This document shows positions 56,231 through 64,000 of a DNA stretch of 64,000 nt, in pieces. Source of the stretch: an uncultured Gammaproteobacteria bacterium (GTDB lineage: Bacteria; Patescibacteriota; Microgenomatia; UBA8517). Below the pieces are notes generated by a model, which worked only from the letters and a program-made list of their open reading frames with translations, had not been told where the DNA came from and made no database searches. Numbering within the stretch: position 1 is the stretch's first letter; each line of letters starts with the position of its first letter. A program made the position numbers and the translations under genes. Location of the stretch: NCBI GenBank assembly GCA_965231135.1, contig OZ246419.1, forward strand, positions 513,488 to 577,487, read 5' to 3'.

Positions 56231-56235
56231 CTAAC

Positions 56236-57321
56236 TTATTCACTTCCAATTAATTTTTTAACGTACGGGATTTTGTCTATAAAATAAGTAAAGGCAAAAG
56301 AAACAATAAAGACTACAAGCCATTTTACAATCACATAACTCCATAAAGGAATATGAATATTATCAACTGTCAATCCAAGCTCATAATCCCAAATTGTCAC
56401 TATAAAAAGGTGAGTTAAATAAATTCCAAACGAGCATCTTGCAATTTGATAAATAATTTTTTTAACGAAATTGTTTTTTATGAATGAATAATTAAATTTA
56501 GAAAGTAGATAAAAAGCAGGGATTGACATTAATACAACATTAAAACTCAGATAATAATCTGAATATTGAGATAGACATCCTTGATAAAATTCGTTTGATG
56601 AAGGATTTGCAGCGTTTGCTTTAAAATAAAAAAAATTTAAAACCAAGGTTAATAATAAACCAATAACGTAAACAATATTAGCTGCTTTAAAATTTTTAAA
56701 CTTAATTTTATTTGTACCAATCAGATATCCAAATAAAAATAAACCTGCGTATGGAACCCACTTTGTAAAAGAATTTTCGACAGCACAGTTTCTTATGAAA
56801 TATTCTTCTGCTGTTTCTACAACACCAACAGTAAGAAAACTTACAGACATAAGAGTTAAGGTTTTTGTTTCATTTGTTTTTATAAAATTTCTAAAAAGAG
56901 GGACGATAAAATATAATCCAATTAAAATAACTAGAAAATAAAAATAATAAACATTTCCTGAGAAGAATCTTAAATAAAAAGATGGCTGTAAAATATCTTT
57001 TATAGCGTTTGGAGTACTTAGGGCATAAACAAGAATTGTCCAGAAAACAAGCGGAACAAAAAGACGATTAAAAATCCTTTTTAATAAACGGCTAAACCTT
57101 TCATCACGTTTGAGCATGAAATAGCCACTTAGCATTATAAAAAGAGGAATACAGATTCGCGAAAATGAATCAACTAGAATTGAAAACCACCAAGAAATTC
57201 CGCCAAAGAAATCAGGGCGCTGATAGACAGAATTAAAAGTATGTATTGCAACAACCGCAAGAATAGCAACAACTCTGACTATATCTGGCCAAAGTTCATA
57301 GTTAGTTATCTTCTTTGTCAT
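56236..57321 (-). CDS. acyltransferase family 3 membrane O-acyltransferase
   Basis: 10 TM helices. N-terminal W...VRVVAILAVVAIH pattern. Confidence 0.65.
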   Translation of the reverse strand: MTKKITNYELWPDIVRVVAILAVVAIHTFNSVYQRPDFFGGISWWFSILVDSFSRICIPLFIMLSGYFMLKRDERFSRLLKRIFNRLFVPLVFWTILVYALSTPNAIKDILQPSFYLRFFSGNVYYFYFLVILIGLYFIVPLFRNFIKTNETKTLTLMSVSFLTVGVVETAEEYFIRNCAVENSFTKWVPYAGLFLFGYLIGTNKIKFKNFKAANIVYVIGLLLTLVLNFFYFKANAANPSSNEFYQGCLSQYSDYYLSFNVVLMSIPAFYLLSKFNYSFIKNNFVKKIIYQIARCSFGIYLTHLFIVTIWDYELGLTVDNIHIPLWSYVIVKWLVVFIVSFAFTYFIDKIPYVKKLIGSE

Positions 57322-57337
57322 ATATAATAATTAGATA

Positions 57338-58738
57338 ATGAAAAAAGTATTAATCTTACTCTTGAGCTTAATTGTATATGGTTTAATAGTTCCTGCAAGA
57401 GCTTTTGCAATCTATAATCCAACTGCGGTTGCCAATAACCATTTTGGCATCCATGTAGCTGATACAAGCGATTTGCAAGATGTAGCAAAACTCGTTAATT
57501 CAAACGGGGGAGATTGGGGATACGTAACTTTTGTAATTCAAAAAGGAGAGCGTGATCCGCAAAGATGGCAAAATGTTTTTGATCAAATGAGGAGGCTTCA
57601 TCTTATTCCAATTGTTAGAATTGCAACACAACCAGTTGGTATTGGAAATAACACATGGGAACGCCCTAGCGTTGATGAGATTGGTGGATGGGTAACTTTT
57701 CTTAATTCATTAAATTGGGTAGTTAAAAACCGTTATGTAATTGTTGGTAACGAGCCAAATCATGCAGAAGAGTGGGGTGGGCAAATTGACCCGGCAGGGT
57801 ATGCTGATTATCTAAAAGAATTTGCAAGCAAATTAAAGGAAAGTAATCCAGATTTTTTTATTATGGCTGCGGGAATGGATGCTTCTGCAACAAACACAAA
57901 AACAAGTATGTCTGAGGATTTATTTTTGATGCAAATGATAAATAAAGATCCTGATATTTTTGATAATATTGACGGTCTTGCTTCGCATTCTTATCCAAAT
58001 CCAAATTTTTCGGGAGATGCAACTGCAACAGGAAAGGGAACTGTAGCAACTTTTGACTGGGAATTAAACGAATTAAAATTCCTGGGAATTACCAAAACTC
58101 TTCCCGTTTTTATCACGGAAACCGGATGGACACACGATCCAAATAATTTGACAACAAACCTCGGGACAAAATACGAAACTGCTTTTAATAATGTATGGAA
58201 TGATCCAAGAATTGTTGCAATTACTCCTTTTATATATAAATATGTTGGCTCTCCATTTGATAATTTTTCCTGGGTAAATTCTGCTGGACAATTTTATGAT
58301 TTTTATAATAACGTTTTAAACCTCAAAAAAAATGCGGGGAAACCAATTCAAATTGAAAGTGCCGACATTATAACAGGAATCCTTCCTAAAATTGCAGTTG
58401 CCGGGACAAAATACAGAGGAGTGTTTTTTATTAAAAACACTGGACAATCTATCTGGGAAGAAAATAATTTAGAAGCAATTGACAGCAGAGCAAATAAATT
58501 AAATATTATTTCTGTCTATCCCAACACACTCGAACCGGGGCAAATTGGAGTGTTTTTGATTAATGGACAATTTGCAAATGTAAGCGGGAATTTTAATATT
58601 GGAATTAACTTTTTGGATAATGGGAATGTAATTGCTGATTACACAACGCAGGTTAATTTGATTCCAGGATTACCAAATTTGAGCGATATTTTAAATTACT
58701 TGAAGCTGTCAGTCGCAGAAAAACTGGCAAAAATTTGA
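57338..58738 (+). CDS. secreted GH5-family glycoside hydrolase with C-terminal beta-rich domain
   Basis: Signal peptide. IVGNEPN (acid/base Glu) and VFITETGW (nucleophile Glu) motifs. Confidence 0.6.
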   Translation: MKKVLILLLSLIVYGLIVPARAFAIYNPTAVANNHFGIHVADTSDLQDVAKLVNSNGGDWGYVTFVIQKGERDPQRWQNVFDQMRRLHLIPIVRIATQPVGIGNNTWERPSVDEIGGWVTFLNSLNWVVKNRYVIVGNEPNHAEEWGGQIDPAGYADYLKEFASKLKESNPDFFIMAAGMDASATNTKTSMSEDLFLMQMINKDPDIFDNIDGLASHSYPNPNFSGDATATGKGTVATFDWELNELKFLGITKTLPVFITETGWTHDPNNLTTNLGTKYETAFNNVWNDPRIVAITPFIYKYVGSPFDNFSWVNSAGQFYDFYNNVLNLKKNAGKPIQIESADIITGILPKIAVAGTKYRGVFFIKNTGQSIWEENNLEAIDSRANKLNIISVYPNTLEPGQIGVFLINGQFANVSGNFNIGINFLDNGNVIADYTTQVNLIPGLPNLSDILNYLKLSVAEKLAKI

Positions 58739-58761
58739 AAATGGGCATTATTTCCTATTTT

Positions 58762-58837
58762 TGGTGGGTTCGGAGGGGATCGAACCCTCGACCGTCTCCT
58801 TAAGAGGGAGCTGCTCTACCGACTGAGCTACGAACCC
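58762..58837 (-). tRNA. tRNA-Lys(CTT), CCA encoded
   Basis: GGGTTCG acceptor. Anticodon loop CTCTTAA. T-arm GAGGG-TTCGATC-CCCTC. Confidence 0.75.
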
Positions 58838-58936
58838 GAAGGGTGCCGCAAGCTTTGCTTACGAACCCAAGCCGATATATTATACAGCAAACTTGACTTT
58901 AAGCTCTAAAATTGCAAAACTACCTTAAGACTTTCC

Positions 58937-59554
58937 ATGGGAAGAGTTTTATTAGTTGTTTCTTTTTTGGTTTTGACGCCACTAGTATTAGTTGCCTGTC
59001 TTGTTTCTTTGATATCTATTTCAACTTCCTCAATTCCAACTCCTAAAACAATAAAAAAGATTACTGCAAATACGCTTGATGTGCAGGCCCGTTTAACAAG
59101 CGACGTTGGAGTTTCTGTTTATGCATCGCTTCCTTCAAGCATTCCAAGCGTTACTGGCCATATAACGGCAGGGGATGCCAGACCTGAAATAGTGAAAGAA
59201 TATTTAGCTGAATATGGATCGCCGCTTTTGCCATATGCCAACGAAATTGTACAAATGGCTGATAAATATGGAATAGATTTTAGATTTATTCCTGCAATTG
59301 CACAACAAGAATCAAATTTATGCCATGTAATTCCGCCTGGGAGTTTTAATTGCTGGGGCTGGGGAATTACAAGCGTTAGTAGTTTAGGATTTGATTCATA
59401 TCAAGACGGAATAGAAACTGTAAGCAAAGGATTAAAAGAAAATTATATTGACGACGGACTTACAACTCCAGATGAAATTATGACAAAATATACACCTTCT
59501 TCAAACGGTTCGTGGGCGCACGGCGTCAATGAATTTATGGGCGAAATGCAATAA
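58937..59554 (+). CDS. membrane-anchored lysozyme/transglycosylase-like protein
   Basis: N-terminal TM helix. IPAIAQQESN...CWGWG pattern is weakly similar to the lytic transglycosylase catalytic region. Confidence 0.35.
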   Translation: MGRVLLVVSFLVLTPLVLVACLVSLISISTSSIPTPKTIKKITANTLDVQARLTSDVGVSVYASLPSSIPSVTGHITAGDARPEIVKEYLAEYGSPLLPYANEIVQMADKYGIDFRFIPAIAQQESNLCHVIPPGSFNCWGWGITSVSSLGFDSYQDGIETVSKGLKENYIDDGLTTPDEIMTKYTPSSNGSWAHGVNEFMGEMQ

Positions 59555-59581
59555 ACAAAGCTTGTGTTAAAATAGCATAAT

Positions 59582-60340
59582 ATGTCAGCTTTTTATGATT
59601 CCTACGATTATTCTGCATATTGGCAAGGGCGAGAATATGAACATCAAGCTGAAATAATTGCGATTAGCGAATTTTTAAAAAAAATTAAACACATTAACCG
59701 CGCAATTGAAATCGGCGGAGGATTTGGAAGACTTTTGCCGTTTTATGTTTACAGAACTAAAACAAGTTTTTTAACAGAACCATCTTCAAAGTTACTGGCG
59801 CTGGCTAAAAAAAATAATAAAAATTTTAAAAATGTAAAGTATTTGCAATCCACTTTGGATAATTTGGGAAAACGGGTCAGGAAAAACAGTTTTGATTTAG
59901 TATTAATGATTCGTGTTATGCACCACATGGGCAATCCTGATAAAACTTTTGCAGAGATTTCAAATTTAATTTCCAGTGATGGATATCTAATATTAGAATT
60001 TGCAAATAAAATTCATTTTAAAAATGTTGTAGAGCATGTAATCAAAAAGGATTTTACATTTTGGGGTGATACAACAACAATTGATGTTAGAAGCAAGAAA
60101 TCAAAAAGAAACAAAACGATTGCTTTTTTGAATTACCACCCCAATGTGATCAAAGAAAAATTAAAGGAAAATAATTTTGAAATTATTGAAATACGATCTG
60201 TTTCAAATATTCGAAGTAGCTGGGCAAAAACACATTTGCCAAGGACTTTTTTGCTTGAAATAGAGAAATTATTACAAATTCCTTTTTCTTATTTTTATTT
60301 TGGACCTTCGATTTTTGTGTTAGCCAAAAAAAAGGGTTGA
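59582..60340 (+). CDS. class I SAM-dependent methyltransferase
   Basis: IEIGGGFGRL motif I. Post-I acidic residue and motif II region LVLMIRVMHH. Confidence 0.65.
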   Translation: MSAFYDSYDYSAYWQGREYEHQAEIIAISEFLKKIKHINRAIEIGGGFGRLLPFYVYRTKTSFLTEPSSKLLALAKKNNKNFKNVKYLQSTLDNLGKRVRKNSFDLVLMIRVMHHMGNPDKTFAEISNLISSDGYLILEFANKIHFKNVVEHVIKKDFTFWGDTTTIDVRSKKSKRNKTIAFLNYHPNVIKEKLKENNFEIIEIRSVSNIRSSWAKTHLPRTFLLEIEKLLQIPFSYFYFGPSIFVLAKKKG

Positions 60341-60492
60341 GTATTTTAATATTGTTCTATCTTATAGAACAGGCATGTAGATTTGAATATCTGATCTATT
60401 GTGGATAACTTGACAAGCCTATAACTTTGTGTTATATTACACTCACGTTCTGAGGCAATCTCGATAATATCGAGAAAGCGTTAGGATTTCTT

Positions 60493-60519
60493 GGCCCTTC
60501 CTCGTGAAGGGCCTTTTTT
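60493..60519 (+). terminator. intrinsic terminator
   Basis: GGCCCTTC-CTCGT-GAAGGGCC hairpin followed by TTTTTT. Confidence 0.6.
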
Positions 60520-60581
60520 GTGGCTAAAATGATATAAGCAAAGCTTGTAACATCAGAATGGTATAATTTAAACGTTTGCAA

Positions 60582-60665
60582 GCCGAAGTGGTGAAATGGC
60601 AGACACGTACGGTTTAGGGCCGTATGCTCGGTAAGAGCGTGCAGGTTCAAGTCCTGTCTTCGGCA
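60582..60665 (+). tRNA. tRNA-Leu(TAG), type II
   Basis: Anticodon arm TACGG-TTTAGGG-CCGTA. T-loop TTCAAGT. Confidence 0.85.
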
Positions 60666-60688
60666 CATTCACCTGTGAAAGTAGATAT

Positions 60689-61087
60689 ATGACAGAACCA
60701 AATTTTATAGAAGCCAATTCTAGATTAAATTACCCTAAAAATTTGTTCGATTTTCAGCAAAGTGTAAACATGTTTATTGGAACAAGGGGAGTAATACTTG
60801 GAATAAAAATCTTCTTTGATAATAAAGTGGGGTTTGTTGAATCTCTAAGTCCAAATATTTTTTCAGCAACTCAGACAAAAGAAAAAGAGAGGGAAAGACG
60901 AGAAAAATTGTTACTTCAGAGGAATTTTTCTCCTAACGATGTGAATCAAATCAACGAATATATCAACCAAAAAGTTGAGAAGATTTTAAAGGATGATCCT
61001 GAAGATTATTTTGAAGTTTCAGAGTTAGTAAGAAAACATTTTACCTGGGATAATGAAACTGGCCTTCAATATAAAAAGATTGAGTGA
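60689..61087 (+). CDS. hypothetical protein
   Basis: 132 aa, charged C-terminal half. Confidence 0.4.
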   Translation: MTEPNFIEANSRLNYPKNLFDFQQSVNMFIGTRGVILGIKIFFDNKVGFVESLSPNIFSATQTKEKERERREKLLLQRNFSPNDVNQINEYINQKVEKILKDDPEDYFEVSELVRKHFTWDNETGLQYKKIE

Positions 61088-61223
61088 TGTATAATTGATT
61101 ATGTCGGAAATGATTCATAGTTATCCAACCAAAATAACTGGGAGTTTTAAGGTAATTTTGCTTTTGATTCCTGCAATAGTTTTTGCAGTTACACTTGCAA
61201 TATTGATAGCAATTAAATTTTAA

Positions 61224-61745
61224 ATGAAGGAAGCACGCGAAATATTTTTAATGCTTGGAGCAGTAATTGTTATTCTTCTTGTGCTTCGATTTAATTTACT
61301 TGGTAATTTCTTACATACTAATCCACTGGCAAGCTCCACACCTGTTGCCACAGGGCTTACAAATTTAAAACCAATAACTATTAACAAAACAAATATTATG
61401 GTTGAAATTGCAAATACTGAAGCTCTTCGGGAAAAAGGGCTAAGCGGAATTAATAGTTTACCATCAGACCAGGGAATGATCTTTGATTTTGGGACAAAAA
61501 ATATTACGCCGCTTAATGCAAGATTCTGGATGAAAGGAATGCTTATTCCGCTGGACTTTATCTGGATAACTAATAATAAAGTTGTGGAAATTACGCCAAA
61601 TGTTCCAGCTCCAGCCGCAAATACTCCTGACAACCAACTTTTGATTTATCAACCTTCTGAAAATATAGATTTTGTTTTGGAAGTAAACGCAGGTTTTGCA
61701 ATGAATAATCTTATAAAAGTAGGCGATAATGTTACGGGTCTATGA
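61224..61745 (+). CDS. DUF192 domain protein
   Basis: N-terminal TM helix. GMIFDF...FWMKGMLIPLDFIWI matches the DUF192 core. Confidence 0.55.
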   Translation: MKEAREIFLMLGAVIVILLVLRFNLLGNFLHTNPLASSTPVATGLTNLKPITINKTNIMVEIANTEALREKGLSGINSLPSDQGMIFDFGTKNITPLNARFWMKGMLIPLDFIWITNNKVVEITPNVPAPAANTPDNQLLIYQPSENIDFVLEVNAGFAMNNLIKVGDNVTGL

Positions 61746-61758
61746 CGAAATTACAAGC

Positions 61759-62979
61759 TTAGCTTATTACGCCAAAGGCAATCCGATCTAAAACATATCC
61801 TTCATTATTTATAATTCTTGCCGGCGTTATTGTGTAATCTCCAAACAAATTATTTATTTTATCCAGTGCTTTAGTTAAATTCTGTTTTTTAATTACGTCA
61901 GTTGTTAGATCAAGCTGAAGATTTTTGTTTTTTTGTAGATTAAAAACAGTAACAGATAAAAGTCTTACAGGTTTTTTTACCGGGCACATAAAGAATAATT
62001 TATAAACTAATTTTGTAAAATCGTTTGAAGAAAAAACAGGATAGGCAAGCTTCATGCCGTGATGCCAGTATGTATGATCGCGAAAAAGAATACTTAAATG
62101 AATTCCTCCCGCAAAATAATTTTTATTTCGCAAACGTCTTGCAGTTTTTTCCGTGAGCTTTGTTAAAATTGGACGAAGTTCTTCGAAAGTTTCGTACGGA
62201 TAAGTTAGTGCATACTGACTGCCAAATGATTTTCTTTCAAAAAGATAATCATCAATTTCAAAACCGTGAAGGCGCATAAGCCAATAGTAGCTATTAATAG
62301 AACGGAAGGCGATTTTTAATTTCTGCAAATCTGCATTATAAAAACCTAGAACGTCATAAATTCCAGCAGATGATAACCTGGCTGCGTTGGCATTTTTAAT
62401 GCCGCAGAGATTTGTCAACTTTAAACTTTCATAAACTTGATAAAAATTGCCTTTATTTATTTCAAATAAACCATCTGGTTTTTTGTAACTTGCTGCAGTT
62501 TTGGCTAAAAATCCATTGGTGGAAATTCCTATGGAGACAGTGATTGCACTGCCGATTTCTTTTTTAATTCTTTCTTTGATTTCCAAACCTACATTTAATA
62601 AGTTTCTATTTGAGCTTTGTGAGTTTTTACTTTTAAAGTCAACAACAAATTCGTCGATTGATTTGGGATGTACTGATAAAGAATATTTATTAAGAAGTGC
62701 GTGCATTTTTTTATGGATGAAACGATATTTGGGAGGATCTGGGGGAAGAATAATCATATTAGGGCATAAGGCCAGACCGTCTTTGACTCTCATCCCAGTC
62801 TTTACTCCAAATGCTTTGGCAGGATAGGAAGCTGCAAGAATGCAGCCGTTTTTAGTTGCATAAGCTGCGACAGCAACTGACTTGCCTCTCAAAAATGGAT
62901 TTGCTTGTTGTTCAATTGTTGCAAAGCAGGAATTGATATCTATATGCATGACACTAGATGGCGAGGAATTAAAATCCAT
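61759..62979 (-). CDS. dinB: Y-family DNA polymerase (DinB/Pol IV-like)
   Basis: HIDINSCFATIE, SIDEFV and little-finger region. Typical IMS architecture. Confidence 0.8.
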   Translation of the reverse strand: MDFNSSPSSVMHIDINSCFATIEQQANPFLRGKSVAVAAYATKNGCILAASYPAKAFGVKTGMRVKDGLALCPNMIILPPDPPKYRFIHKKMHALLNKYSLSVHPKSIDEFVVDFKSKNSQSSNRNLLNVGLEIKERIKKEIGSAITVSIGISTNGFLAKTAASYKKPDGLFEINKGNFYQVYESLKLTNLCGIKNANAARLSSAGIYDVLGFYNADLQKLKIAFRSINSYYWLMRLHGFEIDDYLFERKSFGSQYALTYPYETFEELRPILTKLTEKTARRLRNKNYFAGGIHLSILFRDHTYWHHGMKLAYPVFSSNDFTKLVYKLFFMCPVKKPVRLLSVTVFNLQKNKNLQLDLTTDVIKKQNLTKALDKINNLFGDYTITPARIINNEGYVLDRIAFGVIS

Positions 62980-63223
62980 TTGAGATTTCTTCTAAAAACC
63001 AGTTCAAACTTTTAGTGTTAAATTTAAGGCGCAAAAATAAATTATCTGTAGTGACTGAAAAAATGTGATAGAGGATATCTCCTTTTTTATATTCATGATG
63101 AAGACCAATTTGGTTTATCTTATAAAATCTATTGTTCCAAATAACTGTTTTGGGAAGAAAATTTAAAGTGTTTTTATCAAAATAAGAAACCACTGAAACT
63201 GGAGCATCAAGTTTTTGATTCAT
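62969..63223 (-). CDS. small hypothetical protein co-transcribed with dinB
   Basis: 84 aa. 11-nt overlap with the dinB start. Confidence 0.35.
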   Translation of the reverse strand: MNQKLDAPVSVVSYFDKNTLNFLPKTVIWNNRFYKINQIGLHHEYKKGDILYHIFSVTTDNLFLRLKFNTKSLNWFLEEISNGF

Positions 63224-63275
63224 AATTATTAGAATGACAAGCTATGCTTATTTATATTCCGAAGAAATACCGAAG

Positions 63276-63590
63276 TCAAGAGGAAGTTTGTGTAAATAAA
63301 GAAAACGCATGTTCTCCAAACGGAGTTAATTTAATTCGTTGATTCTTTTCATCGATTTCTATTAATTTTATACTCTGTAAACTATTTAATCTTTCAACAA
63401 CATTGCCTGAACTAACATCAAATTCTTTAATTAATTCTTGTCTTGATGGATGCCATTTGTTTTCTTGTAAATAATTTCCAATAAAGATAAAATCTTCTAA
63501 GTTTTTAGCAGTCATTTTGTCTGAAGCATTTTCTATTTCCCAAGATGCAATTAACAACTTATTTTTGGCTCCTGCTAAATCAATTTCCAT
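63276..63590 (-). CDS. LexA-N-terminal-like winged-helix DNA-binding protein (no peptidase domain)
   Basis: SRQELIKEFDVSSGNVVERLNSLQSIKLIEI resembles the LexA/MarR wHTH. Lies upstream of the small gene and dinB on the same strand. Confidence 0.4.
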   Translation of the reverse strand: MEIDLAGAKNKLLIASWEIENASDKMTAKNLEDFIFIGNYLQENKWHPSRQELIKEFDVSSGNVVERLNSLQSIKLIEIDEKNQRIKLTPFGEHAFSLFTQTSS

Positions 63591-63627
63591 GGGAAAAGTA
63601 TTTTAACATAAGTGCTAAAATTTAATT

Positions 63628-64000
63628 ATGAAAGTTAAACTTTTAATTATTTCCGGGTTTTTACTTAGTTTTGGAATTGGATTTATGGTTGGTCAACTAA
63701 TTCTTATCAAAACCCAAAAACCAACACAAATTGTCAGCCAGGTTGTAGATAGATCGCTTGATAAATATACGATAGATAATTTAAGTAATTATTGGAATAC
63801 AAAAACAGATCCTTCGACTACGCTCAGGGTGACAAGTCAACTTAAAGATTTTCCAGAATTTACTTCCAGTGAATTTATTATGAACTTTAACCCCTCGACT
63901 TCGCTCGGGACTGTAGTGCAAACGAAAAAAACTTCAGGGCTTATTAATATTCCAAAAGGTGAGGGAAAATATCCGCTTGTAATTATGATTCGAGGATATG
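63628..64000 (+). CDS. membrane-anchored alpha/beta-hydrolase-like protein, 3'-truncated at window edge
   Basis: ATG at 63628 with the frame open to the window end. N-terminal TM helix. The GKYPLVIMIRGY segment resembles the start of a dienelactone-hydrolase/peptidase S9 fold. Confidence 0.4.
   Translation, partial: MKVKLLIISGFLLSFGIGFMVGQLILIKTQKPTQIVSQVVDRSLDKYTIDNLSNYWNTKTDPSTTLRVTSQLKDFPEFTSSEFIMNFNPSTSLGTVVQTKKTSGLINIPKGEGKYPLVIMIRGY

Noticed and set aside
55724-56249. ORFs 55724..55918, 55868..56050 and 56058..56249
   Set aside because: They overlap four tRNA genes and fragments. Peptides such as KRGFEPP...TALNRARLP are characteristic reverse-translations of tRNA sequence.
60432-60668. 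78-aa minus-strand ORF
   Set aside because: Overlaps tRNA-Leu(TAG) and the upstream terminator. It contains the tRNA-derived peptide ALNRTCLPFHHFG.
1-64000. CRISPR arrays or other short-period direct-repeat arrays
   Set aside because: No regularly spaced 25-40 bp repeats were seen anywhere in the window. The only tandem repetition is the protein-level repeat structure in the two surface-protein genes.

Overview
AT-rich (about 35% GC) bacterial chromosomal segment with small, tightly packed genes, many glycosyltransferases and scattered tRNAs. The gene content resembles a Patescibacteria/CPR-type organism; that assignment is inference. Housekeeping genes include the uvrC 3' end, secG, obg, pyrD, pyrG, a DRG-type GTPase, an Ldh_2-family dehydrogenase and a Y-family polymerase. 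I call 13 intact tRNAs, two tRNA-Val fragments and two intrinsic terminators. Four accessory features stand out. (1) Two tandem giant Ser/Thr/Asn/Gly-repeat surface proteins at 3.0-6.6 kb. (2) A glycan synthesis and remodelling locus at 8.0-19.9 kb: a chitin-synthase-like GT2 (QTP/TED/QRRRW) in an operon with a GH18 chitinase carrying two CBM5/12 modules, plus a second processive GT2 with a C-terminal LysM, a GH26-like hydrolase and a second GH18. (3) A roughly 4.2 kb element at 21.7-25.9 kb with a large serine recombinase abutting tRNA-His. (4) A roughly 16.4 kb genomic island at 39.49-55.92 kb. It splits a tRNA-Val(TAC) gene into a 3' fragment and a 5' half whose acceptor arms are complementary. 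It carries a tyrosine integrase, an excisionase-like HTH, a PIN toxin pair and a replication ATPase. Its cargo is a 10 kb Wzx-type glycan biosynthesis cluster that includes a flippase-pyruvyl-transferase fusion. The two elements share a paralogous GRPKN-motif gene.
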